Assembly (NCBI GenBank): GCA_963740085.1
Contig: CAVUCU010000001.1
Coordinates: 1,280,001-1,344,000 of the forward strand
DNA from: Nitrospirota bacterium
Lineage (GTDB): Bacteria; Nitrospirota; UBA9217
Reading direction: 5' to 3'
Length of the DNA: 64,000 bases
Below are positions 56,119 to 64,000 of this stretch, in pieces (the stretch's first letter is position 1; every line of letters starts with the position of its first letter). The translations under genes were made by a program, and so were the position numbers. The notes beneath the pieces were generated by a model. The model saw only the letters and a list, made by a program, of their open reading frames with translations. It was not told the origin of the DNA and ran no database searches.

Positions 56119-57546
56119 ATGACTAATAAACAAACGCAAAGACTGGATGAAATCGGCATGGTCGGCTTGGGCGTCATGGGACGCAATCTCGTGCTGAACA
56201 TGGCCGACCAAGGCTTTTCGGTGGCGGGTTACGATAAGGACCAGACCAAGGTTGCGGCGCTGCGGAATGAAGCCAAGCAGCGCGATGTTCGCGGCGCAGC
56301 AGACGTCAAAGAGTTCATCGCCTTGCTCCGTCGCCCGCGCGCAATCATGATGCTGGTGCCTGCCGGCGCTCCGGTGGATTCGGTCATCAAGGACCTGTTG
56401 CCGCACCTCGACGAAGACGATCTCATCATCGATGCCGGGAACTCCTACTTCAAAGATACCGATGTGCGCGGACGCAACCTGGCAGCGAAAGGCATCCAAT
56501 TCCTCGGCGTGGGCGTGTCGGGTGGTGAAGAAGGCGCGCGTCACGGACCAAGCATCATGCCCGGCGGGCCGAAAGTGGCCTACGAACGGGTCCGTCCCGT
56601 CTTTGAAGCTGCTGCCGCCAAGGTCAGCGGCGAGCCATGCGTGACCTGGCTGGGGCCCGGATCGGCAGGTCATTTCGTGAAGATGGTCCACAATGGCATC
56701 GAATACGGTATCATGCAATTGGTCGCCGAGACATACGACCTGATGAAACGCGACCTTGGCTTGAACGACGACGAATTGCATGGCGCGTTCAGCGCATGGA
56801 ATAAGGCTGAACTGAACGGCTACCTGATGGAGATCACCAGCCATATTTTCTCCAAAAAGGACGAGAAGACCGGCATGCGGCTGATCGACGAAATTCTCGA
56901 CGTGGCCAGACAGAAAGGCACCGGCATGTGGACCTCGCAGAGCGCAATGGAACTGCAAGTGCCGATCCCGACGATCGACCTGGCGGTTGCGATGCGGGAC
57001 ATGTCCCTGTTCGTAAAGGAACGGGAGCAGGCCGGCGCGATGTATCATCGGCCCCTGCCGCGCTTCACCGGCGACCGCGACGTCTCCCTCAAGCGATTGC
57101 GCCGCGCGCTTTATACCGCGATGATCGGCATCTACGCACAAGGCATGGCTCTCCTGGTGGTTGCTTCGGACAAATACGCGTATCACCTCGATCTCGAAGC
57201 CGTGGCGCGGATCTGGCGCGGAGGCTGCATCATTCGCGCCGCGTTGTTGGAAGACATCGGCGAGGCATTTCACGCGAGACGCGATCTGCCCAATTTGCTG
57301 CTCGATCCGAACCTGTCGCACAAGGTTATGGATCATCAGGAAGATTTGCGCAAGGCGGTATGCCGGGCGGCCGAGGCGGGAATTCCGGCCCCGGGGCTGA
57401 TGGTTTCGTTGGGTTATCTCGACGCCTATCGCAGCGCATGGCTGCCGGCGAATCTCATCCAGGCCCAGCGCGACTATTTCGGTGCTCATACCTATGAGCG
57501 GACCGATGCCAAGGGCACGTTTCACACGGAATGGGAGAAAAAATGA
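56119..57546 (+). CDS. gnd: NADP-dependent 6-phosphogluconate dehydrogenase (decarboxylating)
   Basis: GLGVMG, SGGEEGA, VKMVHNGIEYG, QKGTG, QRDYFGAHTY. Confidence 0.97.
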   Translation: MTNKQTQRLDEIGMVGLGVMGRNLVLNMADQGFSVAGYDKDQTKVAALRNEAKQRDVRGAADVKEFIALLRRPRAIMMLVPAGAPVDSVIKDLLPHLDEDDLIIDAGNSYFKDTDVRGRNLAAKGIQFLGVGVSGGEEGARHGPSIMPGGPKVAYERVRPVFEAAAAKVSGEPCVTWLGPGSAGHFVKMVHNGIEYGIMQLVAETYDLMKRDLGLNDDELHGAFSAWNKAELNGYLMEITSHIFSKKDEKTGMRLIDEILDVARQKGTGMWTSQSAMELQVPIPTIDLAVAMRDMSLFVKEREQAGAMYHRPLPRFTGDRDVSLKRLRRALYTAMIGIYAQGMALLVVASDKYAYHLDLEAVARIWRGGCIIRAALLEDIGEAFHARRDLPNLLLDPNLSHKVMDHQEDLRKAVCRAAEAGIPAPGLMVSLGYLDAYRSAWLPANLIQAQRDYFGAHTYERTDAKGTFHTEWEKK

Positions 57547-57653
57547 AGATCATGAAAACGAATGACAAACTCGAACCGGCGGTGTTCGCCATTTTTGCCG
57601 GAGCCGGCGACTGGACTTGGCGGAGAATCGAACAAGAAATGATCATCATGTAG
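57543..57653 (+). pseudogene. zwf: 5' remnant of zwf
   Basis: MKIMKTNDKLEPAVFAIFAGAGDWTWRRI versus MTTRKPDDQLEPTVFVIFGGAGDLTWRKL (zwf copy 2). Confidence 0.8.
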
Positions 57654-57668
57654 CATTGGAGGAGAGTT

Positions 57669-60074
57669 ATGACCGATTCGATACATGCTCCCGGCTGGCC
57701 GGGCAGCCAGGCCCGCTGGACATCGAGCGCCAAGAGCGGCGTGGGCACGTCGCTCTCCCCTGCAAGCCGCGTCTGGTTCACCCTGAGCCACGGCATCCTG
57801 AACGAGATATACTATCCTCGTGTGGATCAGGCGTGCACACGCGACCTTGGCCTCATCATCACCGATGGCCGGGAATTTTTCTCCGAGGAAAAACGCCATG
57901 CCTCATCGCTCCTTACCTACATAGCCGAGGGAGTTCCCGCATATCATCTGGAAAACACTTGCATGGAAGGCCGCTACCGGATCGAGAAAGATATCATCGC
58001 TGATCCCCGAAGGGACGTTGTGCTCCAGCGGGCCCGGTTCGTTGCTCTTCAGGGGAAAATACCGGACTACCATCTCTATGCCCTTCTGGCGCCTCATCTC
58101 GGGAATCACGGCGCCGGAAACACTGCGTGGGTCGGCGACTACAAGGGCGTGCCCATGCTTTTTGCGGAGCGAGACGGTAATGCCCTGGCACTGGCTTGTT
58201 CAGCTGACTGGCTCAGGCGTTCCGTCGGTTTTGTCGGCGCTTCCGATACGTGGCTGGACCTGATGCACAATAGGATCATAACCCGGGAATACGCACGCGC
58301 CGAAAACGGCAACGTGGCGCTCTGCGGCGAAATTGATCTCGCATCATCGAACGGCGCGTTCCTTCTTGCACTGGGGTTCGGCAGCAATTTTTCCGAGGCC
58401 GGAAATCGCGCACTGGCAGGTCTCTACGATGGATTCGAGTCGGCGCAGGCCTTGTACATTCGCGAGTGGCAGGTGTGGCAGCGGACGCTGCCCGTCATGG
58501 ACAGCGCGAAGAGCGACGCCCATAACCTGTTCCGGGTGAGTACCGCGGTCCTCAGGACCCACGAGTCAAAACGCTTTCCCGGCGGCCTGATCGCCAGCCT
58601 TGCCATTCCCTGGGGTTTTTCCAAGGGCGATAACGATCTCGGCGGATATCATCTTGCGTGGCCTCGGGACCTGGTTGAGTCTGCGGGCGGACTTCTGGCC
58701 GCGGGTGCGCGCGAGGATGTTCATCGGGTGCTCCACTATCTTCAGGTCACGCAGGAAGCTGATGGATACTGGCCGCAGAACATGTGGCTCGACGGCACGC
58801 CGTACTGGGGCGGCATCCAGATGGACGAGACCGCTTTTCCCATTCTTCTGGTTGATATGGCGCGGAGGGAAAAGGCGCTGGAAAAGCGTGATCTCGTCGG
58901 GCTCTGGCCCATGGTGCGAAGGGCGGCAAGCTTTATCGTGCGGAATGGTCCGGTAACGCAGCAGGACCGCTGGGAGGAAGATGCGGGCTATTCGCCTTTC
59001 ACGCTTGCAGTGGAGATCGCGGCGCTTCTGGTCGCCGCGGACCTCGCAGAGCTGAACAGCGAGCCCAAGGCCGCCGTGTATCTCCGCGAAACCGCCGACG
59101 CCTGGAACGCGAACATCGAACGCTGGGTCTACGTGACGGGAACGGAGCTGGCAAAGAGCGCGGGAGTTGACGGCTATTACGTACGCATCGCGCCGCCGGA
59201 CACCGCCGATGCAGCCTCACCGGAAGAAGGGTTCGTACCGATCAAGAACAGGCCTGTCGGCCAAAGCGCCGAGCCCGCTGTGCATATCGTAAGCCCTGAT
59301 GCCCTGGGCCTGGTCCGTTTCGGCCTTCGCGCAGCCGATGATCCGCGTATTGTCAATACGGTCAAGGTCATAGACGCGTTTTTGAAGGTGGAGACGCCCC
59401 ACGGCCCGGCCTGGCACCGGTACAATGACGACGGCTATGGAGAGCACGCGGACGGCTCGCCGTTCGATGGCACGGGCATCGGGAGGGCCTGGCCTTTGCT
59501 TACCGGCGAGCGCGCCCATTACGAACTCGCGGCCGGCCGCAGCGATAAAGCGGAGAACCTGCTCCGTGCCCTCGAAGCCTTCGCAAACGAAGGAGGAATG
59601 ATATCCGAGCAGGTCTGGGACGCCCCGGACATCCCGGAGAAAGAACTCTTTTTCGGCAGGCCCTCGGGTTCGGCCATGCCGCTGGTCTGGGCCCATTCCG
59701 AGTACGTGAAGCTGAGGCGGTCTTTGCATGATGGACGCGTGTTCGATACGCCGCCGCAGACCATCGAGCGTTATCAGGGGAAAAAGACCGGGTCCCCCTA
59801 CTCCATCTGGCGGTTCAACCACAAGTGTCGGTCCATGATGGCGGGCAGGACGCTTCGTCTGGAGGTACTGTCGCCTGCGATGGTGCGATGGAGTGCGGAC
59901 GGATGGCGCACGGTTCAAGAAACGTCCACGCAGGATACCGGACTCGGTGTCCATTGCGCCGACCTTTTGACAAAGCATGTCCCCGTCGGAGGAACGATGG
60001 AATTCACCTTCTATTGGACTCAAGCCCGACGATGGGAAAACACGAACTTTTTGGTTGCCGTAACGCAGGAATGA
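57669..60074 (+). CDS. GH15 glucan 1,4-alpha-glucosidase (glucoamylase/glucodextranase type)
   Basis: APGWPG...WT...KSGVG N-domain, GGYHLAWPRD, QMDET, QDRWEE, GERAHYE, SEQVWD, SAMPLVWAH. Confidence 0.9.
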   Translation: MTDSIHAPGWPGSQARWTSSAKSGVGTSLSPASRVWFTLSHGILNEIYYPRVDQACTRDLGLIITDGREFFSEEKRHASSLLTYIAEGVPAYHLENTCMEGRYRIEKDIIADPRRDVVLQRARFVALQGKIPDYHLYALLAPHLGNHGAGNTAWVGDYKGVPMLFAERDGNALALACSADWLRRSVGFVGASDTWLDLMHNRIITREYARAENGNVALCGEIDLASSNGAFLLALGFGSNFSEAGNRALAGLYDGFESAQALYIREWQVWQRTLPVMDSAKSDAHNLFRVSTAVLRTHESKRFPGGLIASLAIPWGFSKGDNDLGGYHLAWPRDLVESAGGLLAAGAREDVHRVLHYLQVTQEADGYWPQNMWLDGTPYWGGIQMDETAFPILLVDMARREKALEKRDLVGLWPMVRRAASFIVRNGPVTQQDRWEEDAGYSPFTLAVEIAALLVAADLAELNSEPKAAVYLRETADAWNANIERWVYVTGTELAKSAGVDGYYVRIAPPDTADAASPEEGFVPIKNRPVGQSAEPAVHIVSPDALGLVRFGLRAADDPRIVNTVKVIDAFLKVETPHGPAWHRYNDDGYGEHADGSPFDGTGIGRAWPLLTGERAHYELAAGRSDKAENLLRALEAFANEGGMISEQVWDAPDIPEKELFFGRPSGSAMPLVWAHSEYVKLRRSLHDGRVFDTPPQTIERYQGKKTGSPYSIWRFNHKCRSMMAGRTLRLEVLSPAMVRWSADGWRTVQETSTQDTGLGVHCADLLTKHVPVGGTMEFTFYWTQARRWENTNFLVAVTQE

Positions 60075-60263
60075 TGGCAAAATCCGGCCGGGAGCTGAAA
60101 CAAGAACATCGTACGCCGATAGAGCCTGCGCAGGAGAGACGATTGCAGGCGTGTGCGTCGGACTTTCTCAGCGCACAATGAAAGAACGCAGTGAGACGTA
60201 TGAGATCCGTGTAACCGAGATAAAAAAGCAATCGCGCATAAATGGCTTGGAAGGAGATCGAAC

Positions 60264-63200
60264 TTGACAACATACAGCAAAACGGGATGTCTTTTACTTT
60301 TCGCCCTTGCTCTCACTGCATTTCAGACAGACGCGTATGGTGCGGGGGAAAAACCCGTGCAGCCCCTTCCGGTATACCGTCTCGTCGTTTCGTTCGACTT
60401 GAAAAGTCATCTCCTGAAAGGCACTGCATCCATTACGCTGCCGGAGGCCGGCGATACGATGGTTTCTGCCGGCAATCTCAGGATCACCTCGGTCACCTTG
60501 AACGGATCGCCTGCGGATTACAAGGTCAAAGAAGGCCTGTTCAAGATAGCCGGGAACGGAATACTCGAAATAAGGTACGAAGGGACCTTCGCGGGAGAGC
60601 CCGGCGACATGGTGAACCTTGAGAATGCAGGCGTGGTCTCAACCGGGGTGGTAAGCGCCGGCGGCATCTCGCTCACCGCTGACTGGTATCCTGCGATCAG
60701 CGGCCTTGCATTTTATAAGCTCATCGCTCTTGTTCCGGATAATTTCGTCGCCATATCGGAGGCGGATGAAATTACCGCAAGCAGGACCCCGTCGGGGAAA
60801 GAGTACTCCTTTGATTTTTCGCACCCCTTATCCGGGGTAGATCTTGTTGCAGGCGAATACCGGGAGGCCAGGGACACGGTTGACGGCATAGATCTTTATA
60901 CCTATTTCATTCCCGAGGATGTTTCCCTTGCTGCGGATTATATCGAACACATGAAAAAATATTTCAAAATGTACAATAAATTGCTCGTTCCGTACCCGTA
61001 CAAAAGGTTCTCCGTCGTGGAGAACATCCTGCCGACGGGCCTTTCCATGCCTACCTTCACCCTTCTGGGAAGGGACATCATCCGCCTCCCGTTCATTCCC
61101 GAGACCTCCCTGGGTCATGAAATTACCCATCAATGGTTCGGGAATTATGTGTTTGCCGACTTTAAAAAAGGCAACTGGCTGGAAGCGATCACCACTTATC
61201 TCTCCGATCATCTTTACGAGGAACAGAAGGGCAAAGGGTGGGAGTATCGAAAGAATATCCTCATTAATTTCCAGAGCTATGTCTCCCCTGAAAAGGACTT
61301 CCCCCTCCGGGATTTCGTGGAGAGGACCGATTTCTCCTCCATGGCGATCGGATACGGAAAAGGCGCCATGCTTTTCCACATGCTGGAGAATCTGCTCGGA
61401 AGGGACAAATTTTATAAATCCCTGCGGACGCTGATCGACGACAATAAATTTCGAAAGGCGTCGTGGGCCGAGGTGGAGAATTCTTTTGAGCGGGAATCGG
61501 GCCAGGACCTCGGATGGTTTTTCAGCCAGTGGCTCGACCGCAAAGGAGTTCCTTCATTCGAAGTGCGATACCCCGGAGCGCTGGTCCTAAACGGCAACCC
61601 GACCGCGTCATGCGAGCTTAAGCAGAAGGGAGCACTTTATCGAGTGGCGTTGCCTGCAAAAGTCGTTACGGAAAGAAGTGAAGTGAGGCAGACGCTGTTG
61701 CTGGAAAAAGAAAAACACTATTTCGACATCGCGGTAAAAGAAGAGCCTCGGGAGCTGATCTTTGATGATGGTTACGACATTATGAGGACGCTTGCACGCG
61801 ACGAATTTCCTCCCGTCATTGCGCGGCTGCTGGGAGATGAACAAAAGCTGATCGTTTACCCTGAAAAAGAAAAAGAGCGGTACGCCGGCTTGATGTCCAT
61901 TTTCAAAAGAGCGGGGTTTGTGGCCAAAGAACAGGGAGAGGTGAACGACAAGGACATCAAAGCCTCTTCGCTCCTCGTTTTGGGCTCTGAAAGCCCTGTC
62001 CTTAAACGGCTCTTTGGAGAAGCCGGGGTAAGGAAGCCGGGATTTCTCCTTATCGTAAGAAATAACCCCCTGAATACCGCAAAGGTCGTGGCCTATGCCC
62101 ACGGGGATTCGAAAGAAGAAGTCGATCTCGCCGCAGGAAAGATATTCCACTATGGAAAGTATTCGGTCCTGCGCTTTGAAAAAGGGAAGAACGTCGTAAA
62201 GGAAATTACCGAAAAAGACCGGGGCATGGTGTTCAATCTCCGTGATTCCGTAGAAGGGGTGGAACCCGCACGATCATTAAAGCTCGATAAAATAATAGAT
62301 GCTGTCAGCGACAAGCCCCTTATCCTCATCGGAGAACGTCACACCAACTATGAAGACCATAAGGTGGAGCTTGCGGTAATCATGGGTCTCTTTAAAAAGG
62401 GGAGAAAATTCGCGATCGGGATGGAAATGTTCCAGACGCCTTTCCAGACGGCGATCGACGGGTATCTCTCCGGAGCCCTGGATGAAAGGGAATTTCTAAA
62501 AAAGACGGAATATTTCAAGAGGTGGAAATTTGACTACATGTATTACCGCGAGATCATAGAGTTCGCCAAGGCGAAGGGTATTCCCCTTATCGCGCTCAAC
62601 CAGCGGACGGAAATTGTGGACAAAGTGGCCAGGGGAGGACTCGATGCCCTTTCCGCGGAGGAAAGGAAAGAGATACCCCAGGACATGGACATGTCCGATG
62701 AATCACATAAACAGCGCATGAAGGATGTATTCGAAGACCATCCTCCAGGAATTGCATTTGACAACTTTTACCAGTCACAGATACTCTGGGATGAGACCAT
62801 GGCGCACTCAGCAGCCCGATTCCTGGAGGAACATCCGGAAGTGCAGATGGTCGTGCTCGCCGGAGATGAACACATCATGTACGGTTCGGGGGTCCCCGAC
62901 CGGATTCACCGGCTTACCGGCAAAGACCCTGTTACGCTTATAAACGGCGTCTTCGACAAGGACGTCGGCACTTATGTGCTTTTTCCGGAACCCCTCAACC
63001 CTCCTTATACCGCAAAACTGGGGGTCATCGTCAAGGAAGCAGATGGTGTGGTTCACGTTGACGATTTTTCGACTGATAGCCCGGCATCACAGGCAGGGAT
63101 CAGAGAAGGCGACATTATCTCTTCCATAGACGGCGGGAAGATAGAAGCCTTAAGCGATATGAAGATAGCCCTGTTTGACAAGAAACCGGGCCAGACGATA

Positions 63201-63269
63201 AGCGTAAAAGTAGTAAGAAAAAACTTTTTTCTTGGCAAAAGAATACTTGAATTTTATCTAACCCTATAA
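60264..63269 (+). CDS. Exported M1-like metallopeptidase fused to a ChaN/DUF399-like domain and a PDZ domain
   Basis: Signal peptide; HEITH zinc motif with downstream NWLE, YGKGAM; GERH...GMEMF...WDETMA...LAGDEH; SPASQAGIREGDII PDZ. Confidence 0.8.
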   Translation: MTTYSKTGCLLLFALALTAFQTDAYGAGEKPVQPLPVYRLVVSFDLKSHLLKGTASITLPEAGDTMVSAGNLRITSVTLNGSPADYKVKEGLFKIAGNGILEIRYEGTFAGEPGDMVNLENAGVVSTGVVSAGGISLTADWYPAISGLAFYKLIALVPDNFVAISEADEITASRTPSGKEYSFDFSHPLSGVDLVAGEYREARDTVDGIDLYTYFIPEDVSLAADYIEHMKKYFKMYNKLLVPYPYKRFSVVENILPTGLSMPTFTLLGRDIIRLPFIPETSLGHEITHQWFGNYVFADFKKGNWLEAITTYLSDHLYEEQKGKGWEYRKNILINFQSYVSPEKDFPLRDFVERTDFSSMAIGYGKGAMLFHMLENLLGRDKFYKSLRTLIDDNKFRKASWAEVENSFERESGQDLGWFFSQWLDRKGVPSFEVRYPGALVLNGNPTASCELKQKGALYRVALPAKVVTERSEVRQTLLLEKEKHYFDIAVKEEPRELIFDDGYDIMRTLARDEFPPVIARLLGDEQKLIVYPEKEKERYAGLMSIFKRAGFVAKEQGEVNDKDIKASSLLVLGSESPVLKRLFGEAGVRKPGFLLIVRNNPLNTAKVVAYAHGDSKEEVDLAAGKIFHYGKYSVLRFEKGKNVVKEITEKDRGMVFNLRDSVEGVEPARSLKLDKIIDAVSDKPLILIGERHTNYEDHKVELAVIMGLFKKGRKFAIGMEMFQTPFQTAIDGYLSGALDEREFLKKTEYFKRWKFDYMYYREIIEFAKAKGIPLIALNQRTEIVDKVARGGLDALSAEERKEIPQDMDMSDESHKQRMKDVFEDHPPGIAFDNFYQSQILWDETMAHSAARFLEEHPEVQMVVLAGDEHIMYGSGVPDRIHRLTGKDPVTLINGVFDKDVGTYVLFPEPLNPPYTAKLGVIVKEADGVVHVDDFSTDSPASQAGIREGDIISSIDGGKIEALSDMKIALFDKKPGQTISVKVVRKNFFLGKRILEFYLTL

Positions 63270-63534
63270 ATAAGGTTTAGTTTGCGGATCGGGACCCTCC
63301 TCTTACCGGAGGTCGGGATGGTAAATGAGGACGACCGCAGTCTGATCCGTTTTGCCTAAATGAGATATACTATATCGTGTATGGATCTGGCGAGCAGCCG
63401 GGGCCTTTGTTTCATCAATGACTGCCGACCGGAGTTTTTTCTCAGCGAGAAATGGCCTGTATCGGCATAAACAGGAATTATGTCGCCGCCGTAATCCCGC
63501 GAGTGACGATCTTAACACAAAGAGGAGAAAACAA

Positions 63535-63996
63535 ATGGAAGACATCGATCAGATTCTGGTTGTAAGCAGGATGACCAAGTATTGTCAAAAGGCCGTTCAT
63601 TATGGAATTTCACTGGCGAAAAAGTATGGGGCCGCGCTGACTGTCGTTCATGTGATCCATGATCCCTTCGGGATCCAGGGATGGAATCTCCCTTTGCCTA
63701 ACCTGGAAAAGGACTTCCAGAACCTGATGAAGAAATCGCGACAGCAGCTGGATGAGATCATCGCGGTCGAAAACAAAGGCGGCATGCATATCGAGGTTCT
63801 CCTCCGGGAAGGAGAGCCGATAGAGGAAATATTGAATGTAATCAAGAAAAAGAAGATCAATCTCCTTATCATGCTCGCCCACGAGGAAGGCCGGCTGGAG
63901 CACTTCCTGTTCGGCCGCAGCAACGAGGAGCTGGTTCGCAGAATGCCCTGCTCTATTCTCCTCGTAAAGAAGGAGCCGGGGCCGGCCATATCTTGA
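63535..63996 (+). CDS. Universal stress protein (UspA family) 3
   Basis: GAGGAG RBS before 63535; LTVVHVI, REGEPIEEIL, FGRSNEELVRRMPCSILLV. Confidence 0.88.
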   Translation: MEDIDQILVVSRMTKYCQKAVHYGISLAKKYGAALTVVHVIHDPFGIQGWNLPLPNLEKDFQNLMKKSRQQLDEIIAVENKGGMHIEVLLREGEPIEEILNVIKKKKINLLIMLAHEEGRLEHFLFGRSNEELVRRMPCSILLVKKEPGPAIS

Positions 63997-64000
63997 TGGG

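Overview
Bacterial chromosomal window, GC-rich by eye, with no CRISPR array, rRNA or intact mobile element visible. About 1-19 kb is housekeeping and redox/stress genes: a PEBP/YbhB protein, an ahpC remnant followed by rrf2-cydAB with a duplicated palindromic operator, tRNA-Val and tRNA-Asp, oligoendopeptidase F, an aminotransferase, an exported MsrB, htpG, a nitroreductase and Met/Gly-rich exported proteins. Divergent from msrB is a DsbA/FrnE-like gene with an in-frame TGA at the first Cys position of CxxC and a SECIS-like hairpin, a probable selenoprotein that the ORF track truncates. About 19.5-60 kb is a ~40 kb co-oriented block. It combines alpha-glucan mobilisation (phosphorylase, GH13, GH15, pgm), a sugar porter and glucose dehydrogenase, oxidative pentose-phosphate genes (2x zwf, gnd, rpiB, pgi), class I aldolase, phosphoketolase plus acetate kinase, a membrane 7-heme cytochrome c, universal stress proteins and a complete N-type ATPase operon (atpDCQRBEFAG, Na+-type c-subunit motif, b subunit with a DUF2934-like tail). 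The block carries rearrangement scars: a diverged gnd/zwf-junction direct repeat 26 kb apart, two truncated transaldolase heads flanking an AT-rich ORF, a transketolase fragment and an IS4 remnant. About a dozen genes have single-base frameshifts that look more like long-read consensus errors than decay. All assignments come from motif recognition by eye; no searches were run.
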